Shown here in pieces: positions 19,873-29,872 of a stretch of 64,000 nucleotides of DNA (position 1 is its first letter; each line of letters starts with the position of its first letter). The notes under the pieces were generated by a model. It was given only the letters and a program-made list of their open reading frames with translations, was not told the origin of the DNA and did no database searches. Both the position numbers and the translations under genes were made by a program. Origin of the DNA: an uncultured Gemmatimonadales bacterium (GTDB taxonomy: Bacteria > Gemmatimonadota > Gemmatimonadetes > Longimicrobiales > RSA9); NCBI GenBank assembly GCA_963798085.1, contig CAWCRS010000002.1, positions 192,001 to 256,000 on the forward strand, written 5' to 3'.

Positions 19873-21321
19873 CTAACGTCGCTGTTTCTTCTCCAGGTCC
19901 GCGAGCACACGCTGCGCGGCGTTGAAGCCGCACATGCCGTGCACGCCGCCGCCGGGCGGTGTCGACGCCGAGCACAGGTAGAGGCCTCGCCGTGGCGTGC
20001 GGTAGGGATCCCAGCGCGTGGTGGGGCGGAAGAACGTCTGGAACAGCGTGTTGGAGCCGCCCGTCACATCGCCGCCCACCAGATTGCGATTGTGCCGCTC
20101 CAGCTCGATGGGGGAACGCACGCTGCGCTGCAGGATGCAGTCGCGGAAGCCGGGCGCGAAGCGCTCGATCTGCGCTTCAATGCGCGCCGTCATGTCGAAG
20201 GCACTGCCGTTGGGCACGTGACAGTAGGCCCATGCCGTGTGCATGCCCGGCGGCGCGCGCGAGCCGTCGACAATGGTGGGCTGCGTCAGGAGCACGAATG
20301 GTTTTTCGCTGTGCTGGCCGTCCCAGGCATCAGCCTCGGAGCGAGCAATCTCCTCGAGTGTACCGCCTACGTGTACCGTCGTGGCCTCACGGCACGCGGG
20401 CGCGCTCCACGGAATCGGCTCGGACAGCGCCCAGTCCAGCTTGAAGGCACCGGGCCCGTAACGGTAGACCGCCAGGCGGCGCAGGAACTTCACGGGCAGC
20501 TGGCGCTGCGCGATGCGCGCCACTTCCAGGGGCGCGAGATCGAGCACCACGGCGCGGGCGGCGGGCAGCTCTTTCAGCGAATCGACGGGTGCACCCGTTT
20601 CAATGGTGCCGCCCAGCTTGCGCAGCCAGCCGGCGAGCGCATCGGCGATGGCCTGTGAACCGCCGCGCGCAACGGGCCAGCCCGCCACGTGCGCGACGGT
20701 GCCCAGCACGAGGCCGGTTGCTGCCGAGGCGAGCGCATCGAGGGGCAGCACCGCGTGCGCGGCCAGACCCGCGAACAGCGCGCGCATCTGCGGCGTGCGA
20801 AACCGGGAACGCGCGAGTGCGGCCGCGGGACGCAGAGCGGACAGGCCGAACTTCGCCATCAGCAGCGGATGGCGAGGGACGCGCAGCGGCGCGAGCAGAT
20901 CTTCGCGCAGCGCATCCCACAATGCGACGAACGGTGCAACGAGACGGATCCATGAGGCGCCGTCGTCGCCTGCATTCTGTTGCATTGCCTCCAGCGATGA
21001 CGTGAGACTGACAGCTTCACCACCATCCAGCGGATGCGCGGCAGGCAGCGGCGAGTACAGGAAGGTGAGCCCGTACTCTGCGAGCGGCATGTCGAGAAAC
21101 GCGGGCGAGACCGCGGCCATGGGATGCGCAGCGGAGCAGATATCGTGCAGAAAGCCGGGCATGGTGAGCGACTCGGTGCGCGTGCCGCCGCCGATCACCG
21201 GCTCGGCTTCGCGAACGTGCACGGAGAGGCCGGCGCGCGCGAGCGTCACCGCTGCGGCGAGCCCGTTCGGTCCGGCGCCCACGACAATCACGTCGTACAC
21301 AGGCGTCTGTCGCTGCATCAT
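19873..21321 (-). CDS. FAD-dependent oxidoreductase, phytoene desaturase-like family
   Basis: DVIVVGAGPNGLAAA, GGGTRT, HDICSAAHP, LYLCSASTPPGGGVHGMCG. Confidence 0.93.
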   Translation of the reverse strand: MMQRQTPVYDVIVVGAGPNGLAAAVTLARAGLSVHVREAEPVIGGGTRTESLTMPGFLHDICSAAHPMAAVSPAFLDMPLAEYGLTFLYSPLPAAHPLDGGEAVSLTSSLEAMQQNAGDDGASWIRLVAPFVALWDALREDLLAPLRVPRHPLLMAKFGLSALRPAAALARSRFRTPQMRALFAGLAAHAVLPLDALASAATGLVLGTVAHVAGWPVARGGSQAIADALAGWLRKLGGTIETGAPVDSLKELPAARAVVLDLAPLEVARIAQRQLPVKFLRRLAVYRYGPGAFKLDWALSEPIPWSAPACREATTVHVGGTLEEIARSEADAWDGQHSEKPFVLLTQPTIVDGSRAPPGMHTAWAYCHVPNGSAFDMTARIEAQIERFAPGFRDCILQRSVRSPIELERHNRNLVGGDVTGGSNTLFQTFFRPTTRWDPYRTPRRGLYLCSASTPPGGGVHGMCGFNAAQRVLADLEKKQRR

Positions 21322-21431
21322 CGCCCGGATCGAAGCCGCGCCGGCAAGGGTATGGAACCCGCTTTCCATCGGCAGTCCATGTGCGCCCGGTAAGGGATCG
21401 TTTGTTTTCGAAATCATCAGCTGACGCCATC

Positions 21432-22856
21432 ATGATGCCGGCTCGACGGCCGGCCGTCCACGTTCCGGCTCTGGTCATCGCCCTTTCCGCCCTCACGTTA
21501 CCAGTGCCACTGGCTGCCCGGCAGTCCCGCGTTGTGGGGTCCGCGGCGCATTCTGGTGTCTCCAGACAGGGGACCACGGCACGCCCGGCGCGTGACTCGG
21601 CGCGCACGCACATTGCGCCGGCGGACTCATCGAGCACGCGTGCCCATCGCACACGGGCTGCGCGGCAGAATGGAAGGGGCGTGGAGCTGCACGGCGGTGC
21701 ACAGGTGATCGGACTCGTGACACGCGTGGATCCGGCGCTCGCGAACCGGCCGCTGACGGAGAGTTATCTGACGCAGCCCCTGCTGTTCGGTCATCTGTCC
21801 GCATTGCAGGGACGCGTCTCGGGTCGCGCGTCGATCGACTTCGAGGGGCTGACCATGCCCAACGGCGAGCTGGTGCCCGGGGCGAACGGCGAAGGCTTTG
21901 TCGACCGGCGACACCCGCACACCTATCTGCACGAGATGATCCTTTCCGGATCCGCGCGCGCGGCAGGCATCGACGCATCGCTGGCGGCGGGACGCGGCTT
22001 TGCGCCTTTCGGAACCGATGATCCGATGGTGCGCCCGTTCGTGAAGTATCCCGCGAACCACCACTGGTCGCAGATCCTGGAGCGCTGGACACTGACGGCC
22101 GCGGCGAGGCGAGGGCCGGCCACGGTGGAGGGTGGACTGTTCAACGGCGATGAGCCGACGGGCCCGCGCAGCCTCGGCAAGCTCGGTCATTTCGCGGATT
22201 CGTGGGCGACACGTCTCACGCTGCGCCCGCTGCGCGAGCTGGAGACACAGGCCAGTTACGCGTTCATCAATTCGCCGGAGAACATCACGGGACTGGGCGT
22301 GGATCAGCGCAAGCGCAGCGCATCCGCGCGCTACGAGCACGAGGTGCGCGCGGGAACAAGTGTGTACGGGCTGCTGGAATGGGCGGAAACGGACGAGTAC
22401 ACGGGCAGCCGCAAGATCTACATCTACAACACCACGTTAGCGGAAGCGGCGCTGCGCACACAGCCGTGGAAGGTGGCCCTGCGTTTCGAACGGACCACGC
22501 GACCGGAAGAGGAGCGCGAGGCGGATCCCTTCCGCACGCCAAGGCCGCAAGGCGACGAGAACATCCTGGGCGCGACGCGCTGGAACACGATCTCGGCCAG
22601 CGTCGGCTACGCGTTCTCCGTGCGCAGCGTGCGACTCGAGCCCTTCGCCGAAGCGGAGCACAGTGTGGTACGGGAAGTGACCGGCTCGAGCTTCCATCCG
22701 TCCCTGATCTACGGGTCGGACCGGTTGTGGACGCTGAGTCTGGGGTTGCGTGCGGGCGTGGGCATGACACACGGCCGCATGGGCCGCTACGGTGTGGCTC
22801 TGCCGCCCGCGGCGGCCATGCCGGAAATGTCGAACATGATGAACCGGAACGAGTGA
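21432..22856 (+). CDS. Putative outer-membrane beta-barrel protein with His/Met motifs
   Basis: Signal peptide; alternating beta-strand pattern; DRRHPHTYLHEM, NHHWSQ, Met-rich C-terminal tail. Confidence 0.7.
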   Translation: MMPARRPAVHVPALVIALSALTLPVPLAARQSRVVGSAAHSGVSRQGTTARPARDSARTHIAPADSSSTRAHRTRAARQNGRGVELHGGAQVIGLVTRVDPALANRPLTESYLTQPLLFGHLSALQGRVSGRASIDFEGLTMPNGELVPGANGEGFVDRRHPHTYLHEMILSGSARAAGIDASLAAGRGFAPFGTDDPMVRPFVKYPANHHWSQILERWTLTAAARRGPATVEGGLFNGDEPTGPRSLGKLGHFADSWATRLTLRPLRELETQASYAFINSPENITGLGVDQRKRSASARYEHEVRAGTSVYGLLEWAETDEYTGSRKIYIYNTTLAEAALRTQPWKVALRFERTTRPEEEREADPFRTPRPQGDENILGATRWNTISASVGYAFSVRSVRLEPFAEAEHSVVREVTGSSFHPSLIYGSDRLWTLSLGLRAGVGMTHGRMGRYGVALPPAAAMPEMSNMMNRNE

Positions 22857-22867
22857 GGCAGCAGGTG

Positions 22868-24084
22868 ATGATCCGCGGCGGAAAGAGGGGCCGGTGTGCA
22901 TATGCACTGTCAGGCGTGCTCCTGCTGGCGGCGTGCGACAAGAATCCGGTCGTGCCACCGGATGACGGCGGCTTCGTGCCGCGCACGTCCATCACGCTGC
23001 CCTCGCTGGGGCACGGTGATGTGCCCAACCGCTATACGGCGGAAGTGGCGGCTCGTGACCAGTGGGTGTACACGACCAGCTGGCAGTTCCGGCCGGCACC
23101 CGGCAACGCGGTGATGATCTGGGATGGATCGGGCAACACACCGGTGCTGGTGGACAGCCTCATCGTGGCCAATGTCTCGACCCTGGGCGATGTCGAGATC
23201 TCCGATGACGGCAAGCTGCTGGTGGTGGCCACGGAGTACAGCGGCGGCTCCATCATGATCTACGACCGCACCGATCCGGCTCATCCCACGCTGATCACGC
23301 AGTACACATCGCCGAACACGACGCGGGGCGTGCATACCGCCAAGGTGGCGCGTGTCGATGGCCGACTCTACGCCTTCCTCTGCATCGACCCCTCGCCGGC
23401 ACAGCTCGTGATCGTCGACATCACCGATCCGGCGTCGCCCCGGGAAGTGTTCGTGCAGGCCATGGGCGCGCCGTACGTGCATGACGTGTTCGTGCGCGAT
23501 GGTCTGCTGTTCACGGCGCTCTGGAACGACGGCATGACGATCTGGGACATCGGTGGCGGCGGCAAAGGCGGGACGCCGGCCAATCCCATCGCGATCGGCA
23601 ATGTGAAGACGCTGAACGGGCACGTGCACAACATCTTCTGGTACCACAGCCCCGCCGGCGAGAAGAAGTACGCGTTCATTGGCGAAGAGAACTCGCCGTT
23701 CTCGCTGGGCGTGACATCGGCGGGCGACATCCACGTGGTGGATGTGAGCGACATGGCGAATCCGCACGAGGTCGCGTTCTATCACGTGCCCAACGCGGGC
23801 ACGCACAACTTCTCCGTCGACGAAGCCCACGAAATTCTGTACGCGGCCTACTACAACGGGGGCGTTCGCGCTCTCGACATCCGGGGCGACCTGAGCCAGT
23901 GCGATGCCAGTACGCGCGCCGCGGATGGCCGCTGCGACCTGGCGGCAGCGAAACGCGAGGCGGGCGCCGCGCTGACCGGCCAGACGATCTGCGTCTGGGG
24001 TGTGTCGCGCGTGGGCCGCTACATTTCGCGTCGGACATGCTGAGCGGGCTGTTCAAGCTGGATGCAGGGGAGCTCATGCAATGA
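22868..24084 (+). CDS. LVIVD-repeat beta-propeller lipoprotein (frameshift near 24020)
   Basis: Lipobox LLLAAC; LVIVDITDP, IHVVDVSDMANP, AAYYNGGVRALD. The C-terminus ASDMLSGLFKLD lies in another frame ending at 24084. Confidence 0.85.
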
Positions 24085-24091
24085 ACGGGGG

Positions 24092-24195
24092 ACGGCGTTG
24101 CTGGGGCAATCGCTCGGGCTGGTTGCCCGGGAACGGATTCAGCGACCAGCGCCACGGGCGACCTGGAGCGGGCTGAACGGACTCGGGTTGCTCAC
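24092..24195. repeat. Intergenic REP-like repeat
   Basis: acggcgttgctgggg...ctcgggctggttgcccgggaacggattc. Confidence 0.6.
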
Positions 24196-24389
24196 AATGG
24201 GTTCGAGTACTGCGGTGAACCATTTGAACTTTCCTGTCGACTTTTTGCGCACTATGGCGTAGACTGCTGCGGGTGACGGGGCCCCGGGCGGACGCCAGAC
24301 CGCCCGAGCGTGCCTCCGTTGCAGCCGTGACGCACGTCTGACGCGCAGCAACTCCAGCAATTCAGATTTCCACCGTGACGGAGGACCCC

Positions 24390-25520
24390 ATGAGGTATCT
24401 CGTGCTGTCCGCCCTTGTGCCTCTCGCGGCACTGGCCGGGTGCGCCTCGGTCGACAACGGCGTTGCTACTGCGGCACAGGCGCGCATCTACTACGTGGCC
24501 GCGGATGAAGTGCCGTGGGACTACGTGCCCGGGGGCGTGAACGGAATCACCGGGGAACCCTTCAAGGCGACGGGTTACTTCAAGAGCCCGAAATCGGCGT
24601 ACACGCCGCGCGAAGTGCCAACCCTGTACACGAAGGTCCTGTACCGGGAATACGCCGACAGCACGTTCCAGACGCTCAAGCCACGTCCTCCCGAGTGGGA
24701 GCACCTGGGCTTTCTGGGCCCGGTGATTCGCGGCGTCGTGGGCGACACGATCCGGGTGGTGTTCCGTAACAACGGGCACGAGCCGTACGCAATGCACCCG
24801 CACGGCGTGTTCTACAACAAGGACTCCGAAGGCGCACCCTACGACGACGGCACGTCCGCGGGGGACAAGGGGGATGATGGCGTACCACCGGGAGGCACGC
24901 ACGTCTACGTGTGGCCCGTGCCGGAGCGCGCGGGTCCGGCCGACGGGGACATGAGTTCCGTGGTCTGGATGTACCACTCGCACCACGATGAAGTGAAGGA
25001 CGTGAATTCGGGCCTCATGGGACCGATGATCGTGACGGCGCGCGGCAAGGCCAGGCCGGACGGCACGCCCGTGGATGTGGACCGCGAGTTCGTCGCGGCC
25101 TTCATGCAGGTGCACGAGGAGGACAGCTGGATGGCCTTGCAGAACATTGGCAGGAACTTCGAGACCGTGAACGTCGCACCACCCGGCGCGAGCCAGAACT
25201 TCTATCCGTACTTCGTGCTCTTCTCCATCAACGGCTACACGCACGGTGGCATGCCGCTGCGCGCCTACACCATGAAGAAGGGCGAGCGCGTCCGCTGGTA
25301 TGTCTTCTCCTCCACCAACGACTTCGACGCCCACGCGCCGCACTGGCACGGCAATACCGTCGTGATCAACCACATGCGCACTGATGTCGCCTCGGTCAAT
25401 CCAATGGAGATGGTGGTGGCGGACATGGTGCCGGACAATGTGGGAACATGGCTGTTCCACTGCCACATCTCGTTTCACAATACCGAGGGCATGGCCGTCC
25501 GATACGTCGTTACGTCGTGA
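24390..25520 (+). CDS. Two-domain multicopper oxidase lipoprotein (ceruloplasmin-like domain 1)
   Basis: Lipobox LAALAGC; Cu motifs MHPHG, WMYHSH, HAPHWHG, WLFHCHISFHNTEGM. Confidence 0.92.
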   Translation: MRYLVLSALVPLAALAGCASVDNGVATAAQARIYYVAADEVPWDYVPGGVNGITGEPFKATGYFKSPKSAYTPREVPTLYTKVLYREYADSTFQTLKPRPPEWEHLGFLGPVIRGVVGDTIRVVFRNNGHEPYAMHPHGVFYNKDSEGAPYDDGTSAGDKGDDGVPPGGTHVYVWPVPERAGPADGDMSSVVWMYHSHHDEVKDVNSGLMGPMIVTARGKARPDGTPVDVDREFVAAFMQVHEEDSWMALQNIGRNFETVNVAPPGASQNFYPYFVLFSINGYTHGGMPLRAYTMKKGERVRWYVFSSTNDFDAHAPHWHGNTVVINHMRTDVASVNPMEMVVADMVPDNVGTWLFHCHISFHNTEGMAVRYVVTS

Positions 25521-25620
25521 ACGGCGCTGCCAGAACCGTCGAGAACGGCGTTGCCGGTGCTGGCTGCTGGGGAACGGAGTCGGACAATGTTGCCGGGGCT
25601 CGGGCTCGGGCTGGGAGCTC
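25519..25620. repeat. Intergenic REP-like repeat
   Basis: gaacggcgttgccggtgctggctgctggggaacgg...gttgccggggctcgggctcgggctggg. Confidence 0.6.
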
Positions 25621-25657
25621 ACGAGATTTCAGGCGGCTGGCGCCCCCGCAACGCAGT

Positions 25658-26518
25658 TCAGTCTGACGCTAACTTCCTGAGGCGCGACACGATCAGGCGG
25701 TCGCGGAGCCGTGTGGGAAGGAGAGCGCCGATGGCGAGGCGGATGCGGGCGTCGGTGCCGACGACATAGCGCGGACGGGGGCGGGACGCGGTCAGGGCAT
25801 GCGTGACGGCCATGGCGACGGCATCGGGCGGCAGGCCGCCTTCCCCGCGAGCACCGCGCAGGGCGACACGGCGCAGGCCATCGATCAGAGGGCCGTATCG
25901 GGAGCGCGCTTCCGCCGGCATCGCGCCGATCAGCGTGTCGCCATGAGCGAGGGAGGTTTCCCAGATCGGTGTAGCGATCACGCCCGGCTCCACGATCGAC
26001 ACGTGAATCCCCCAGGGCAGCAGTTCGACACGCAGCGCGTCGGCAATCGCTTCCAGAGCGTGTTTCAATGCCGCATAGGCGCCGGTGAAAGGCAGCGCGC
26101 TCCGCCCGGCAACCGAGCCGATGAACACGACCCGACCCTGCGCCTTGCGGATCCGCGGCAGCACAGCCTGCGTGACCGCCACCTGACCCACCACGTTGAT
26201 CTCCAGCTGGCGCCGCAACTCATCGATCGGCAGATACTCGAGCGGTCCGGCGATGGCCACGCCGGCGTTATTGACCACACCCTCGAGCCCGGCCTCACCC
26301 AACTCCGTCTCCAGCAGTCGGGCGGCAGCCTCGATCTGGGCCGAATCCGTGACATCGAGCAGAACGGGCCGCACCGCTTCACCCGACTGCGCCCGAAGCC
26401 GCTCGCCATCCTCCTGCCTGCGCACGCCCGCGAAGACGCGAAACCCCTCCCCCGCAAGCCGCGCCACGCACGCCTCGCCAATGCCCTTCGACGCGCCTGT
26501 CACCAGAACCGATTTCAT
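25658..26518 (-). CDS. Short-chain dehydrogenase/reductase
   Basis: TGASKGIG, NNAG, catalytic Ser and YAALK (YxxxK). Confidence 0.95.
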   Translation of the reverse strand: MKSVLVTGASKGIGEACVARLAGEGFRVFAGVRRQEDGERLRAQSGEAVRPVLLDVTDSAQIEAAARLLETELGEAGLEGVVNNAGVAIAGPLEYLPIDELRRQLEINVVGQVAVTQAVLPRIRKAQGRVVFIGSVAGRSALPFTGAYAALKHALEAIADALRVELLPWGIHVSIVEPGVIATPIWETSLAHGDTLIGAMPAEARSRYGPLIDGLRRVALRGARGEGGLPPDAVAMAVTHALTASRPRPRYVVGTDARIRLAIGALLPTRLRDRLIVSRLRKLASD

Positions 26519-26571
26519 GCCGGAACGGTAGGGTGACGCCAGGTCGCGGGAAAGGCGTGGTGCGCGAACTG

Positions 26572-26726
26572 CGTTGCTCGAGCTGGCTCGGGCTGGTTGC
26601 TGGGAACGGATTCACGCGGAGAACCGCGACGAACGTTGCTCGGGCTGAGGCTCGGGCTGGCTGCTGGATATTCACACGGAGAACGGCGACGAACGTTGCC
26701 GGGACTCGGATGTGGCCGGGGCTCGG
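26572..26726. repeat. Tandem array of about 2.5 x 60-62-bp REP-like units
   Basis: Unit cgttgctcg..ggctcgggctgg(t/c)tgctgg..attcac(g/a)cggagaac(c/g)gcgacgaa at 26572 and 26634, partial at 26694; an inverted core copy at 26858-26880. Confidence 0.75.
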
Positions 26727-26908
26727 TACACGTTGGTTTTGCGGTTCGACGCGGGGGTCCGCGGTCCACTGCAATCGACCGTGCGCGGCACGCGCACCCT
26801 GCGGAAAAGACGTGTGTCCCGGGCCGAACCCGGCCCGGGTCCCGGTCACAGCGGAATCCGTTCCCGAGCAGCGAGCCCCAGCAGCCGTGTCAGACTTGAA
26901 TTGGGGTC

Positions 26909-26938
26909 TTGACTTCTCCACGCTATATCGCAAGATAT
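26909..26938 (+). promoter_or_regulatory. Promoter -35 and candidate PadR operator
   Basis: TTGACT at 26909-26914; palindrome ATATC-GCAA-GATAT at 26925-26938, 10 bp before the PadR start. Confidence 0.55.
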
Positions 26939-26947
26939 GTCCCGCGT

Positions 26948-27497
26948 ATGGAATGGTGGGACAGCTGGAAAGGGATTGCGGCCGCGTTCGGCGGGCGGCC
27001 GGGGCGGTTCTTCGAGGCGGGCGAAGTGCGTCTCGCGCTGCTCTCGCTGCTGGCCGATTCGGCCAAGCACGGATACGAGCTGATGAAAGCGCTGGAGACG
27101 CGATCGGGCGGACTGTACCGGGCCAGTGCGGGCGCCATTTACCCGACGCTGCAGCAGCTCGAGGACGAGGGACTCGTGCGCTCGGAGTTGCGCGACGGCA
27201 AACGCGTCTACGTGATGACGCCAGGAGGCCAGGCGGAGCTGGCGCGCGAGCCGGAGCGGGTGGAGCGCATCTGGACGCGGGCGAGCCAATGGCGCGAGAA
27301 TGGGCAGCTGGTCCACAGGCAATCAGTTCGGCCTGGTCGCCATGCTGGCGGGGGAGCTGGTGGGTGAGGCGATGCGCGCCGCGAAGCGGAGCGCGGGTCA
27401 GCCGGGCAGCCTCGAGCGCGTGCGTGAGATCCTGGAGAACGCGCGGCAGGAGCTGCGCACGCTGGGCGACGATGCATCGTCGTCTGCAACGCCCTGA
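26948..27497 (+). CDS. PadR family transcriptional regulator (frameshift near 27300)
   Basis: GEVRLALLSLL..KHGYELMKALE..SAGAIYPTLQQLEDEGLV; the C-terminus ERVREILENARQEL is in another frame. Confidence 0.88.
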
Positions 27498-27763
27498 CGG
27501 CCTGCGGTTCCGCGTCCGCGAGGGACCGTCCACATGGCGCGTCTGCGCCACGGCAAGTGCGTCGGCCTGCCTCGCCGCGTCCTTTCTGACACGCTGTTGG
27601 GCGTGTGTGTCGCGGAAGCTGACGCTGGCTCGGCAATCACGCGCTGCGATGCTGGTGCTGCTGCGCGAGCACGCGTCGGTCCGGTCCTTTCAGCGGTGGC
27701 TCTTGATCCTCACGTAACGTGATGTTGCATGTTGGCGGCGGCTGATCGCGGGAGGAGTGTTCG

Positions 27764-28981
27764 GTGGTAGACACGTCGGATCTGGCGAAGCTGCGCATCG
27801 ATCGCACAGCGCGATCAGGCGGTGGCGGTCCGGGCAGGTGGTTGCTCTGGCTGGTCGCAGTGCTGCTCGTGGTGGGCGCGGCGGTCACAGGCGGATTCCT
27901 GGTACTGCGTGACCGGCCGGTGTCCGTCCGCACGGGTCGCGCGGAAGTGCGCGGCGGCGCGGCCGGCGGCGGGCTCACGGCGAATGGTTACGTGGTGGCG
28001 CGCACGAAGGCGTCGATCTCGTCCAAGATCGCGGGACGGCTGGCGCACCTCTCGGTCGAGGAAGGCGATCACGTCCGCAAAGGCGAAGTGATCGGGTGGC
28101 TGGATGACGCGGAGTACTCGGCGGCGATTCGTCAGGCGGAGGGCAATCTGCTGAACGCGCAGGCCGGCGAGATCGAAGCGAAGGCGAGGGTGGAGCAGGC
28201 CGCGCGTGACATGGACCGCGCACGTCGCCTGTACGCGGACTCCCTGACATCGCTGCAGGCGGTGCAGGATGCCGAGACCGGGCGCCAGGCGGCCGTGGCA
28301 CAGGCATTCGCGGCGGCCGCGCGCGTACAGGCAGGAGAGGCCGCACTGGATGCGGCGAAAGCGAGCCTGGCTAACACGCGTATCGTAGCGCCCTTCGACG
28401 GGACCGTGCTGCGCAAGGATGCGGAGGTCGGCGAGGTGGTGGCGCCATCCGTGGCGGGCGGCGGTCTCACGCGCGGCGCCGTTGTAACCATGGCGGACAT
28501 GGCGACGCTCGAGGTCGAAGTCAATGTCAACGAAGCGTACATCGGCGAGGTGCGGCTGCAGCAGGCGGCGAGCATCATCCTGGATGCCTACCCGACGGTC
28601 ACCTATCCGGCGCGCGTGCGGCAGATCGTGCCCACTGCGGACCGGCAGAAGGCGACGGTGCTGGTGCGCGTCGCCTTCAACAAGGCAGACCATCGTGTGC
28701 TGCCCGAGATGGCGGGGCGGGTGGTGTTCCAGTCGTCTGACGACAGCGCCAATGCGTCGCCCGCGCATGTCGTGATTCCCGCCGAAGCCGTGCGCAACGA
28801 GGGCGGCGCCGATTATGTGTGGGTGGTGGGCGAGGGTCGGGTGACGAAGCGGCCCATCGACGCGGGCCCGGTGAGCGCCGGCGAGCGCGAGGTCAGGTCG
28901 GGTCTGCGTGGCGGCGAAACACTGGTCCTGGAGCCGCCGGCCGCACTGGCCGAGGGCAAACGCGTGGTTATACGGCAGTGA
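27764..28981 (+). CDS. Efflux periplasmic adaptor (membrane fusion protein)
   Basis: N-terminal TM, ANGYVVARTKASISSKIAG, VEEGDHVRKG, IVAPFDGTV, PTADRQKATV. Confidence 0.93.
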   Translation: MVDTSDLAKLRIDRTARSGGGGPGRWLLWLVAVLLVVGAAVTGGFLVLRDRPVSVRTGRAEVRGGAAGGGLTANGYVVARTKASISSKIAGRLAHLSVEEGDHVRKGEVIGWLDDAEYSAAIRQAEGNLLNAQAGEIEAKARVEQAARDMDRARRLYADSLTSLQAVQDAETGRQAAVAQAFAAAARVQAGEAALDAAKASLANTRIVAPFDGTVLRKDAEVGEVVAPSVAGGGLTRGAVVTMADMATLEVEVNVNEAYIGEVRLQQAASIILDAYPTVTYPARVRQIVPTADRQKATVLVRVAFNKADHRVLPEMAGRVVFQSSDDSANASPAHVVIPAEAVRNEGGADYVWVVGEGRVTKRPIDAGPVSAGEREVRSGLRGGETLVLEPPAALAEGKRVVIRQ

Positions 28982-29117
28982 CGGAACGGTGTTGCCGGGG
29001 CTGGGGCTCGGGCTGGCTGCTGGGGAACGGCGTGAACGGAAACGGATGACGACGTTGCTGCGGCTCGGGCCGGGGCTGGGAACGGCGTGAACGGATGACG
29101 GCCCAGCAACGCCGTTC
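28981..29117. repeat. Intergenic REP-like repeat cluster inside the efflux operon
   Basis: Two direct copies ending gggaacggcgtgaacgga, plus inverted cagcaacgccgttc. Confidence 0.7.
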
Positions 29118-29181
29118 AGAGACGCGCAGTGCAACGAGCTGTTAGAGAACGAACACGGACAAGCGAAGCGGGGAGTCACAC

Positions 29182-29872
29182 ATGGCACTCGTCGAGGTGC
29201 GGGGGTTGACCAAGGTGTTCCGGCGGGACACGCAGGAGATCGTGGTGTTCGACGGTATGGACCTGGCCATGGAGCCGGGCGATTTCCTGGCGCTCATGGG
29301 TCCATCGGGCAGTGGCAAGTCGACGCTGCTGAATCTGCTGGCCGGGCTGGACCGGCCCACGTCGGGAAGTGTCGAGGTGGGGGGCCGCGACGTGGCCGCC
29401 ATGAAGCGCGGGCGGCTGGCGGAATGGCGAGCGACGCACATCGGTTTCATCTTCCAGCTCTACAATCTCATTCCGGTGCTGACCGCGGTGCAGAACGTCG
29501 AGCTGCCGTTGCTGCTGACGAAGTTCGGGCGGCGCGAGCGGCGGGAGCGCGCGCTCACCGCGCTCAAGGTAGTGGGGCTCACGGATCGTGCGGACCACTT
29601 TCCTCGCCAGCTGTCGGGCGGGCAGGAGCAACGCGTGGGCATTGCGCGCGCGATTGTGACCGATCCCCAGCTGATTCTGGCTGACGAGCCGACGGGCGAT
29701 CTCGATGCGAAGTCGGCGGCGGAAGTGCTGGATCTGCTGCAGCGTCTGAATCACGGAATTCGGCAAGACGATTCTCATGGTGACGCACGACCCGCACGCC
29801 GCCGAGCGCGCGGGCCGCACACTGCACCTGGAGAAGGGCGTGCTGCTGGAAGCCGCCGGGAGTCCGGCATGA
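29182..29872 (+). CDS. ABC transporter ATP-binding protein, MacB/LolD-like (frameshift near 29755)
   Basis: [28 protein letters not shown]; the H-loop (MVTHDP) is in a shifted frame. Confidence 0.9.

Noticed and set aside
19873..21321. Carotenoid biosynthesis gene crtI
   Set aside because: It matches only the broad phytoene-desaturase-like oxidoreductase family and has no neighbouring crt genes.
26572..26726. Possible CRISPR array
   Set aside because: Units are degenerate tandem copies without unique spacers, there are only about 2.5 copies, and no cas genes are in the window.
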